The notes under the pieces: generated by a model
What the model was told of the DNA's origin: nothing
The model's input: only the letters and a program-made list of their open reading frames with translations
Database searches by the model: none
Assembly: GCA_951406725.2 (NCBI GenBank)
Contig: OX597826.1
Coordinates: forward strand, 11,408,001 to 11,472,000
DNA from: Octopus vulgaris
Lineage: Eukaryota
Reading direction: 5' to 3'
Length of the DNA: 64,000 nt
Shown: piece after piece, positions 26,005 through 37,861 of the stretch
Layout of the letters: the number at the start of each line of letters is the position of its first letter
Position numbering within the stretch: the first letter of the stretch is position 1
Made by a program: the position numbers and the translations under genes

Positions 26005-26407
26005 TCTCTCTCTCTCTCTTTCTCTCTCTCTGTCGTGCATACACACACACGCATAGACACACACAAACACAATTTAATAAAAGTATCGCAAGACTAAGTA
26101 AGTAACTATTGAAGGACTGTCTGCAACAATCTATTCAACGAAACTCAAAAGCTGAACCAAAGAAATAACATTTTGAGTAAGGCATCTTCATCACGAAAGA
26201 AGAAACGCCTTTCTTCTTTCATTTTCTGACGTGTAGAAACATAAGAATGTTTACTTCTCACAACACATACGTCCCTCTTTATTTCTTGAGCTTTAAAACG
26301 AATAGACAGATCTACATATCCAATATGCATATATAAGCGATTGTGCGGATAAACAAATTAGACAAATCAAATATATTAAACATATTAAATACATCAAATA
26401 CAAAATA

Positions 26408-26825
26408 CGTAGGAGTGGCTGTGTGGTAAGTAGCTTGCGAACCAGCCACATGGTTCCGGGTTCAGTCCCACTGCGTGGCATCTTGGGCAAGTGTCTTCTG
26501 CTATAGCCCCGGGCCGACCAATGCCTTGTGAGTGGATTTGGTAGACGGAAACTGAAAGAAGCCTGTCGTATATATGTATATATATATATGTATGTATGTA
26601 TGTGTGTGTTTGTGTGTCTGTGTTTGTCCCCTAGCATTGCTTGACAACCTATGCTGGTGTGTTTACGTTCCCCGTTACTTAGCGGTTCGGCAAAAAGAGA
26701 CCGATAGAATAAGTACTGGGCTTACAAAAAGAATAAGTCCCGGGGTCGAGTTGCTCGACTAAAGGCGGTGCTCCAGCATGGCCACAGTCAAATGACTGAA
26801 ACAAGTAAAAGAGAATAAAAGAGAC
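26408..26825 (+). mobile_element. SINE family B
   Basis: Match to 20270-20708. Confidence 0.9.
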
Positions 26826-27159
26826 AAAACAAGAGAAAGTAAAAGATGGAAACTTTCAGCTGATGAATTTTTAAGTATAAATATAGAGAAAAAAGGAACC
26901 TACACAGAGAGCAAACAACACAGAAAATTGGAAGAAAGGTGTTATAAGTCCAACAGCCGTTTCTGGGGGTTCGGCGATCCATAATGATATTGGTATATTT
27001 AATTCATCATAATTTGTGCCCGTATGGAAACAATTAACATTGAATGAGACGAACACCACTCATCGGGGTAGAAAATATTTCCCATTTCAGCTCTTGACGC
27101 AGAGAAGTTCCAAAAGGGAATGATTTTTAATCATTCTCTTGGACTTACTTCTGTTTCCT

Positions 27160-27193
27160 GTTTCTGAAGAAGAGCTTTGCTCGAAACGTAAAC
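27160..27193 (+). ncRNA. Minimal hammerhead motif in a short TA-adjacent element (~27125-27290)
   Basis: GTTT-CTGAAGA-A-GAGC ttt GCTC-GAAAC-GTA-AAC; flanks homologous to 61740-61915. Confidence 0.7.
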
Positions 27194-27291
27194 CACCTTT
27201 CTTTCCTTCCCCAAGCGTCTGCTAATCCTTTGCATGCACCGCATACTCGCGTTGTTGATTTTTCTTATTTGTTCTTCGTTATTTTTAATTA

Positions 27292-27326
<35 letters not shown>

Positions 27327-27535
27327 CTCTTTACTCTTTTACTTGTTTCAGTAATTTGACTGCAACCATGCTGGAGCACCGCCTTTAGTCGAGCAAATGG
27401 ACCCCAAGACTTATTCTTTGGAAGCCTAGTAATTATTCTATCGGGCTCTTTTGCCGAACCGCTAAGCTACGGGGGCGTAAAAACACCAACATCGGTTGTC
27501 AAGCGATGTTAGGAGGACACAAACATATACACACA

Positions 27536-27588
<53 letters not shown>

Positions 27589-27812
27589 CGTTGTAAAAAA
27601 ATGTTTTTCCCGTTTTCGTTTCTCGTCCAGTTCCACGTCTCTGTTTTTCTGTTGTAAAAAAATGGCTTTTCTGTTTTCGTTTCTCGTTGAGTTCTACGTC
27701 TAGTTGTGGTGTCCTGTACTCACGTATATATATTTATATATGCATGTATATATACATGTAGATGTAGGTACGTACATATATGTTTGTATGTATGCATATA
27801 TTTTATTTATTA

Positions 27813-27855
<43 letters not shown>

Positions 27856-27889
27856 CTTCTTTCTGTGTTTTTTTTTTCTCTCTGTGTAT

Positions 27890-27925
27890 CTTTCTGTTGA
27901 AGAGCGTAGGCTCGAAACGTTAAAG
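27890..27925 (+). ncRNA. Minimal hammerhead motif (A6U variant) in TA-flanked element 27852-27966
   Basis: CTTT-CTGTTGA-A-GAGC gtag GCTC-GAAAC-GTT-AAAG. Confidence 0.65.
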
Positions 27926-27962
27926 ACTTGTTTTATTTATATTTCCTGAGCGCCATACTAAT

Positions 27963-28012
<50 letters not shown>

Positions 28013-28013
28013 T

Positions 28014-28345
28014 GTGAAGGTACATAGCTCAGTGCGAGAGTGTCGAGCTTATGATCATGAGGTTGTGATTTCGAATCCCAGACCGGGCTACGTGTTCTGT
28101 TCTTGAGCAAGACACTTAATTTCACGTTGCTCCAGTTCACTCAGCTTTAGAAATGAGTGACGACGTCACAGGTGCCTTTGCCTTTCCTTTGCCTTTCCCT
28201 TGGATAACACTATTGGCGTAGAGAGGGGGAGACCGGTATGCATGGGCAACTGCTGGTCTTCTATAAACAACCTTGCCCAGACTTGTGCCTCAGAGGGTCA
28301 CTTTCTAGGTGCAAGCCCATGGTCAGTATCTGATCGAAGGGTGTC
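28014..28345 (+). mobile_element. SINE family C head with tail 3
   Basis: tRNA-like head, TTCTTGAGCAAGACAC motif, tail shared with 25108-25430. Confidence 0.8.
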
Positions 28346-29151
28346 TCGATATACATATATACGACGGGCTTATTTCAGTTTCCGTCTACCAAATCCACTG
28401 ACAAGGCTCTGGTCGGCCCGAGGCTATAGTAGAAGACACTTGCCCAAGGTGCCACGTAGTGGGACTGAACCTGGAACCATGTGGTTGGTAAGCAAGCTAC
28501 TTACCACACAGCCACTCATATTTGTGTGTGTATTGTGCGGAGTTTACTTAGTGGGTATTTCTTGACCTTGGATTGCGTAGAGGCGAGTTCATGCTTCGAT
28601 GTTGGTATGATTTATTCTATGGTTTGCGTTTTTAGTTTATGTGTCAATGTAACACTATATCAGTAAACCAATCTATGGTTTGTTTCTCTTTCCCCCCTTT
28701 TCCACTGTTCTTCGGAGAGAGATTGGGATCGTCTTATTGTTCAATCTTCTCCTCATTAGCAACCCTAAATCTTTCCTTCCTGTCCATAAACTTGAGTGAC
28801 TTAGTTGCAGGTTTTTTCTTTGACGTTTTTCTGCCGATGTTGTTTCATTATTAGCAGCATTTCATCCATCTGTACATTCTGAGTTGAAATTCCGCCAGGC
28901 TCCACTTTGCTTTCACCCTTTCAAGCTCGACAAAATAAGCACTAGTTGCGGCCTGATGTCCAAGTGCCAAAATTTGAAACCATTTTTGATTTCAAATTTT
29001 AGCACTAAGCTATTTGGGGAGGAGTTAAGTCGATCACATCGATTGTCAAGCGATGTTTGGCCGTAGATGAATGAAAAACTACTGTACAGGTAGAGGAATT
29101 GCAGTTTTCTGTTCGACATAAAATTTTGTTTTTCACTAAACGTTAAAATGT

Positions 29152-29550
29152 TTATGTATGTATGTATGTATGTATGTATGTATGTATGTATGTATGTATG
29201 TATGTATGTATGTATGTATGTATGTATGTATGTATGTATGTATGTATGTATGTATGTATGTATGTATGAATGAGTAAACGTATGGATATGTGCATTCTTG
29301 CATAAAACATTGGGTAGGAGAACAGATGTATAGATGAATGAATATTGTATGATGTGATAATTATGTGTAATTCCGGTAGACAGCTCTGCATGTGGAAGAA
29401 TGCTTGAACACACATACGCACACAAATACACACACACACACAGACACACACACACATACACATACACACACACATGAATAGAGATAAACCGATAGATAGA
29501 TAGTTTGATAAATAGATAAATTGGTCGGTTAGTAAAGAGATAGATAGATG

Positions 29551-29622
<72 letters not shown>

Positions 29623-29932
29623 TATGAAGAAATAAATCAGTCGATCGATCGATCGTATGATTGATGACGGATAGATGGTTGAATGGTTATACCTAGGGCC
29701 AACTGGAAAAATTAGTGGAGTTAATGAATTAATAAATTGCTGAGAAGATGGATGGATTGTTAGGTCTCTGGGTATATTTAAAATCATGCAAGTGAAATAA
29801 ATTGGAAAAATGAAGAAATAAAGAGATAGATGAATAGATAGGGAGAGGATGAAAGAATGCGGGAGTCACACACATAGAGAAACGTGATGGAGCGTGTGGG
29901 TGTGTGTCTGTGTGTGCGTGCGTTTCTGTGTG

Positions 29933-29964
<32 letters not shown>

Positions 29965-30260
29965 CATGAGAGAGAGAGAGAGAGAGCAATAGAGAAAGAG
30001 AGAGAGCAAGAGAGAGCAAGAGAGAGCAAGAGAGAGAGAGAGCAAGAGTGAGCGAAAGAGAAAGACAGCAAGAGAGAATAATTGAGGGAGAGAGAGAAAG
30101 TGCAAGAGAGATAGGGAGAATGTATATGTAGTAGTGTCTGTGCGTCGGTTTGTGTGTGTGTTTGTGTGTGTGTGTGTATATGCTTAAGAAGGAAACTAAA
30201 AGTGATGACAGTGACAAAGAAATAAATTGCGTAGGTGACTGTGTGTGTGTGTGTATGTGT
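29152..30260. repeat. Microsatellite cluster (TATG)n, (CA)n, (GATA)n, (GA)n
   Basis: Directly visible. Confidence 0.9.
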
Positions 30261-30764
30261 AGTTTCACCGGCTTCTGTCATAAAACTGTGGTCATACAGA
30301 GGTGGTGTAATAATGCCTTAATTGATGTTATAGAGTCCGGTACTTATTTTGTTAATTTCTATTTAACGAACGGTTAAGTCACCTGTTTGAAATTAACATG
30401 TCTGGATTGATACACCGGTTTATTAACATGGTGATGGTTCTCCGTCGTTCGACATCAAAACATTCAGTTGTTGGATCGACTGAATTATCTGCTCTTGAAT
30501 TGATGTCCAGTGGCTGTGCATTCAACAGAGACCTGAAAACGTAATTCTAAGGAAGAATTAGCGTACATCGTTAATCATAGATACCATTTATTCGAAGGGA
30601 TTCTTTACAGTTTTCGTCTACGCAATTTCACTAATAATGTATGGAACGAATTAGGCGTAAATGAAACATTGTCCCCAGGTGCAAACAGTGGGGTCATATC
30701 CGGGACTTCGTGGTTACGAAGCGATCTTCTAAAATATTCGGTTATAATCTTAAATATACATAGT

Positions 30765-31197
30765 GGCAGGAGTGGCTGTGTGGTAAGTAGCTTGCTAACC
30801 AACCACATGGTTCCGGGTTCAGTCCCACTGCGTGGCATCTTGGGCAAGTGTCTTCTCCATAGCCCCGGGCCGACCAATGCCTTGTGAGTGGATTTGGTAG
30901 ATGGAAACTGAAAGAAGCCTGTCGTATATATGTATATATATATACGTATGTGTGTGTTTGTGTGTCTGTGTTTGTATATATATATATGCGTGTGTGTATT
31001 TGTTCCCCTGGCAGTGCTTGACAACTGCGATGCTGGTGTGTTTATGTCCCCGTCACTTAGCGGTTCGGCAAAAGAGACCGATAGAATAAGTACTGGGCTT
31101 ACAAAGAATAAGTCCCGGGGTCCATTTGCTCGACTAAAAGGCGGTGCTCCAGCATGGCCGCAGTCAAATGACTGAAACAAGTAAAAGAGTAAAAGAG
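30765..31197 (+). mobile_element. SINE family B
   Basis: Match to 20270-20708. Confidence 0.9.
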
Positions 31198-31370
31198 AAT
31201 ACACAAATACGTAAACACAGAAATATTTATAATGGAAGAAAAAGGAGCAATCAAGGCAGGGAGATAGAGAAATACAAAAAAAAAAAAAAGGACAAACAAA
31301 TAAGCAATATTTGAAGTTAGAATATTAAAACCAATAGCAGGAAAAGCAGAGAGAAATGAAACGAAACTAT

Positions 31371-31766
31371 AACAAGAGCACTCTGACAGCGCAAACCTCC
31401 GCCAAGGCAACACCAAGGCAACACCGCCAAGGCAACACCAAAGTCCTCTCAGCAAGAGATGATTGTTAAAATGAGAATATCTGAAATAAGCTCGACTGCT
31501 CTCACAAACAAGAATACTAAAATGAACCCGACCGTAAAGAAACAGGAACGTAAAGAAACAGGTAAAATAATCCAGAATCCTTGTCCGATACAGCAGCTAA
31601 CCCAAAATCTAATCAGTTCGTGCCAGTCACGAGGCCAAACATCCCTGGAAGTTTCATCCGAATCCATCCAGTAGGTTCTTGAGATATCTTGTACACGGTC
31701 AAACGAGCAAACATACAAACACGACTGAAAACAATACCTCTGCCTTCGCTAAGGCGGAGGTAATAA
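31371..31766 (-). mobile_element. DINE-1/HINE-like non-autonomous Helentron
   Basis: Minus strand: 5' subTIR TACCTCCGCC with adjacent inverted copy GGCAGAGGTA, (GTTT)-type microsatellite, 3' subTIR GGCGGAGGT followed by a short GCGCT..AGTGC stem-loop and T-rich end. Confidence 0.75.
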
Positions 31767-31841
31767 ATAAAGGATGCGTATAACGAAAATAAATACGGCA
31801 AATGAAAGAAAAAGAAGACAATCTTTCTATCTATCTCTTTC

Positions 31842-31927
<86 letters not shown>

Positions 31928-32778
31928 TACACACGTATATATATATACACGTAAATTTCGACCGACGTGAATGAGTCCTCAACACTGCATTGGTGGACAG
32001 CATTTCTTTATTTGCGTATTATATGGATGTATGATGTATGTATATATATATATGTATATATATATATATGTGTGCGCGCGTGTGTGTGTGTGTGCGTGTG
32101 TGTGTGTGTGTGCGTGCGTGCGTGTGCATACATAAATGTACGTATACGTAAATATACACACATGTTATGATTGAGAAACTGACTCCAGTGCAGTTGAGAA
32201 AAAAATGACTTAAATAGAAGCAAAGTTTGAGCACTTAAAACAATTAATAGTTCTGATATTTCACCCGAAACTAGCCCTAGTCATAGCATGAAGAAAACAG
32301 AAGAGACGGTTTAGTTCACTCGAATTTCGATATGAACCACATTCTTGGGCCCTTCATTTTTCTATTGTTATTCATTTCGGAGGGAACATCACGATCAGAA
32401 AATGCTTTCATGTAAAAGTTTAATCGTTGTCCACATTGTTATCTTCTGTATTTGCAAATTCAAAACTACCGTTTTCTGAAATGTTGATCATACTTTCATA
32501 CACACAAAAGAATGATGCAAATGGATACATTTGAAACCTACATCTTCATCAGTACACACGGATACAAGACAAACAGACAAAGACGTAGGTACGTATATGT
32601 GTATGCGAGAATGTATGTCAATAGAAGAGCTGGTTTGCTTGTATGTATGTATGTATGTATGTATGTTTGTATGTATGTATGTATGTATGTATGTTTGTAT
32701 GTATGTATGTATGTATGTATGTATGTATGTACGTGCGTATATATGTATGTATTTATGTGTTATATACACATATATATC

Positions 32779-32823
<45 letters not shown>

Positions 32824-32911
32824 GTACACACACACACACACGTATATGTATTCAAAGTTTGTGTTGGAAGCAGCTCATTCATGTAAACTGCGGGATTGTG
32901 TCAAAGGGACT

Positions 32912-33336
32912 TAGGTCCCTTCAAAGGTTCACTTAGTGTTAAAAATCATTCTATGCTTCAAAAGTAGGCGAAATGGAATCGTCCCGTATGTGAACAAGAA
33001 TGACAGATATCGATATATCACAGTTTTTTTTCTTCTGCACATCAGTGTAGAAAACTCGCCCCTCTTCCGAACCGAATCAACAACAGCCAGCTAGATGTGC
33101 AAAAGTGTCGTTCGGTAATAAATGAACCTACGCTATTTGTGTATGTTTCTGGTTGGCTGTCGCAGATTCGTTCCGGGAATGAGGCAAGTATATAACACTG
33201 ATGAACAGAAAAAATCCCGTTTAACGTCGAAAGAAAATCGCCTCGGAAGTGAATAAGTTCACTTTCGAGGCGATTTTGTTTCGCCTAGCTACGAAGCATA
33301 TTGTGTTTTTAACACTATACGCCTTTAGAGAGACCT
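32912..33336. mobile_element. Fold-back (palindromic) MITE
   Basis: Outer arms TAGTGTTAAAAA..TATGCTTC..TAGGCGAAA and inner ~65-bp arms (33025-33095 vs 33149-33215) are reverse complements. Confidence 0.7.
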
Positions 33337-33392
33337 CCCAAAGACGAAATACTTCAGCTACACGCATTTAACAACACACATTGAGTATGTGA

Positions 33393-33487
<95 letters not shown>

Positions 33488-33519
33488 ATTTGTGTGTGTG
33501 TATGTGTGTGATTGAATCT

Positions 33520-34768
33520 TCTACCTGTGGAAATGTCTAGTGGTTTACATGATGGAATGCAATGTGAATTTCGCCCTTTTAAAAAATATTTTAAGATTTC
33601 GTGATTGTTTTCGTTTGTTAATGATTTGCGACTCTATTTTTTTCAAAATTTGACGATTGGCAGAGTTTGAGGCTATCATCTTGCCAATCTTTTAGATGTT
33701 GCGTTTTCTAATATTATTGGTGACTACAAATGGTATATTCCTGGTTTAGTCATCTTTCTCCTTGTGATGGTTTCTCCATGATTTACAATGATTTTCGGGC
33801 ATTTTAATTTCTGGAAGACTATTTTTAGTTCCATCATTCATCTCAATCTCTATTCCAGTTGAGTTCATAACTATTCAATATATACATCTTGCCATATTAA
33901 ATGGGGTATTTTAAAAATGGAATCGATAACATGATCTAAAATCTAAGAATTGGTTTGTCCGTGACCTCGATTGTAATATTCTTATTTTCTTTCATTCCCA
34001 AACTTTTCTAAAACGGAAGATCTTCTTTTGTCTCTTTTGTGAATTGGTACGATTTTTAAAAGCTATTCATCACTTATAAGAATCTTGCAAGTTCTTCATT
34101 ACTTATGTTCCAAAATATGAAGCAGTCATTCCGGAATCTTTTTCAGTTTTCTTTGAAAGATGGCTGGAAATGCAGTTCAAATGTAATTCCAGATCGGACA
34201 TAGATATTTTTCCTTCAAGTCATCCCATCTATTATTTTCCAAATGTGGGGTCAACTATCGTGTCCATTGCCGTTAATTGTTATTTGAAGATAGTGTTAGT
34301 TATCGAAGAAATATTTTTCTATCACAAATCGTATTCCTTCAGTCGTAAATTCTTTTAGAAATCTCTCCTGAATTCCGGTTGTATATTTGTCAAATCAGAA
34401 TTCTATAACCTCCAATCCAAATTCATGAGGGGTATTTATGTAAAAATCTGGTCACGTCAAAACTAATCTGGATCGTCCCTATGTTTACTCTCTCTGGAAC
34501 GCAATTTAGACAGTCCACATCATCTCTTTTGAAACTAGGAACCCATTTGCGCAATGATTTTAGTAACATTGTTTAATATTTGAATACTTGGTGTTGGCGC
34601 CGCAACAATTAGCATAACTTCGAATTAGACGGTTCGGAAATCTTTCCATACGGTGTAAGCTGTTACGGATTTCTTTAGATTTATGAATTATCGATAGTTC
34701 ATAAATGTTGCATGTCTTTACCTCGGATTTAGTTAGGTCATCTCATTGTTATTTTCGTCTCTAAAATC
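33520..34768 (-). mobile_element. Decayed Penelope-like element (PLE) reverse transcriptase
   Basis: Frame-broken motifs in PLE order: NIYELSIIHKSK, VPSFKRDDVDCLN, ISFDVTR..TPHEFG, YLQ..TAMDT..PTF, KRFRNDCFIFW, LPFLE, NTPFNMAR, NIPFVVT. Confidence 0.8.
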
Positions 34769-35499
34769 GTACACACAGGTACGCACATAGACTCGACAAC
34801 ACTATCAAATAATATGTCTGTCTGTTTGTCTGTCTGTATGTATGTTCATCCCTTTCTCTTTTTCATTTAGAGTAAAGGTTGCCTGGTCACCAAGTTGGTA
34901 GCAAGGATGTGAGGGCAAGTATCTTGTTTTATCCATCATCCTTTACATCTTAAGGCTTTGAAGATTTTTATTGTCCCAGATATCGCGATGATTTGTGGCA
35001 TATGTATGTCATTATTCAGTCTTATTTCAAGATTTCTTGCCAATAGAGAAAGAACCGGTTTCTAACCCAGATCCAAGGCTCCTTCATTGGAATTTCAACA
35101 ACATGAACGGGGTATTTTTGTGTGCATGTATAAGTGCAGATTTTTATGTTTTGTTTTATGCATGTATGTATGCATGTATGTGTGTGCATGTGTGTATGTG
35201 TGTATATATGTTTGTGCATGCATGCATGTATATATAAAATCTACGCACACAGAGCCATGTATAGGTACGTAATTGGGAGAGAATAAGAAGGAAAGGAAGG
35301 CAAACATTAGAATGGAAAACGTATGTGATTGCATCCATCGGCGAAAGAGAAAGATGAAGATGTTAAGGATTGAAATGTTGATGGAAAGACATGTTGTTCA
35401 GAGATAAGCAAAGACAAAGAGACGCAGATATACTGAGAAAGAGAGGAATGAGAAATAGAGTGAAACCATAGCGATTAATGGGGGAGATTCATGCTGAAA

Positions 35500-35782
35500 G
35501 CTATATGTATGTATGCGGGTGTGTGTGTGTGCGTGTGTGTGTGTGTGTGCGTGTGCGTGTGCGTGTGCGTGTGCATATGTGTGACAGAAATAGAGATTGT
35601 GTGTGTGTATTTAACTACTTTTTTTTCTACTTATATCTCAGCAACTCTCCCCTAATTCACACTAAGTATGCATATGTATATATCTATATATATATGTATG
35701 TGTGTATGTGTGTATTTATGTATATGTACATTTACATATTTCTGTATACATATGTATATATACATATATGTATACACACACG

Positions 35783-35834
<52 letters not shown>

Positions 35835-35926
35835 GAGGGAGAGAGAAAGAGACAGATAGACATATATATATGGATATATGTATATGCATATGTACAGAGT
35901 GTTTGATAGATTGGTAGACAGTTAGC

Positions 35927-35986
<60 letters not shown>

Positions 35987-36483
35987 GAGTGAGAGTCAGG
36001 GTGAGAGAGAGAGAGACAAAGGGAGAGAGAGAGACGGGAAGACCAAATGTATAAATACAGATAAGTAGTTACACATTCAAACACGCTTACATTTAATTAT
36101 CAATATACATGTCTGACAGATTTCACTTATATGCTTGTGTTTGAGCATGTGTGTGTATGTGTGTGTATGTGTGTCTGTATGTGTGAGTGTATGCGTGTGT
36201 CCGAGTGTATATGTGTTTGTGTATGTGCGTACATGTGTCTGTGAATTAGCATGTTTGTGAATCTGTGTATACATGTATACATACATATAAAGCAGCATTT
36301 CTAACGGAATGTAAATGAGCAGAAGTTATCCTTGACAATGTATTCATAAACACACGATTAATTTTGACATTCTACACATACACATGACGTGTGTAGAAAT
36401 AAATAGAAATAAATAAAGAGTACAATGAATGTTGTTAAATCATTCCCGGGGCTAATAATCGCGGTGATGGTCATGGCAGCAGC

Positions 36484-36560
<77 letters not shown>

Positions 36561-36731
36561 TGAGGATAATAATGATGATGATGATGATGATGATGCGAGG
36601 TGACTATTTTGTGTTGAAGCGAATTCAAAGCACTGGCGGACATATTTGGAAATGCTTGGACGATGAAAGCTGCATACACAATATATATCAGGCATGCGCG
36701 GATACATCGCACGCAGGCAAAGCGCATGCGC

Positions 36732-36791
<60 letters not shown>

Positions 36792-36888
36792 TACATATAC
36801 ATATATACATATACATATATATATATACATATATATGTACATATATGTACATATACATATACATACATATACATAATTGCATGTATAT

Positions 36889-36937
<49 letters not shown>

Positions 36938-37390
36938 CATATATACATATACATATATATATACATATATACATATGTATATATACATATGTGTATATAT
37001 ATGTATGTATATATATGCATGTATATATACATATTTCGGTATGTACTTATCTATTTAAGAATAAGCATATGTATATGCCCATATATATATATACTTTCTT
37101 GCTCTGTATTTGTCCATATTCTCACACACAAATACAGATTTGTGAGTGAGCATAAATCGCTGTAAATGGGAATAAACATACATATTTTAGCTATACTCAC
37201 ACAGACACATACAGACCGATGGACACACACACACACGCACGCACACACAGATATATGAAGGTAGTCATATGTATGCGTTTACATATATGTTTACATATAC
37301 ACACACATATATTTATCTATGCATCTCATCTATGTATCACACATACACATATGTCTGTGTACAGACGCAAACACACACATGTTCACGCGC
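35500..37390. repeat. Microsatellite field (TG)n, (TA)n, (GATA)n, (AAT)n
   Basis: Directly visible. Confidence 0.9.
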
Positions 37391-37861
37391 ATACACGCAG
37401 GTACGCACATAGACTCGACAACACTATCAAACATTCAAAGAATTCGTAAGTGAATTCATACATAATTAGTAAAATCCACCCAGGTACACACCGTCTCAGA
37501 TATACGCCTACGCAGAAGACCCGAAGACATACCAGAGAACTTCCATATAAAAAGAGTTGCAGTGTGACACTTTTCGGTAATTCAAAGCATGAGTATGTTT
37601 GCAATAGAGCCAAAACCTATCTCAGTTAATATATTATACGTTATTATATAACCTTCTAAGTTGTTTTATAACTGGTTATGAATTTACATAATGTTTCGAT
37701 CGAGGACTACATCTCATAGCTTATAGGACTGTGGTAGCATAGTTACATAATCGTAGAGACATAGATAATGAAGGACGGAAGGTGGAAGAAAAGGAAAGGA
37801 AGAATGAGAAGGAAAATTGAAGATAAAAAAAGATGAAGAAAAGCTACATGTTGAAGAAATG

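Larger units (their letters stand above)
27327..28518 (-). mobile_element. SINE family B split by several insertions in its internal (TA)n
   Basis: 3' half 27327-27540 and 5' half 28350-28518 are collinear on the minus strand. Confidence 0.8.

Noticed and set aside
37690-37720. Possible minus-strand hammerhead CTATGAGAT..GATCGAAACATT
   Set aside because: Core is defective and stems I and III are unsupported.
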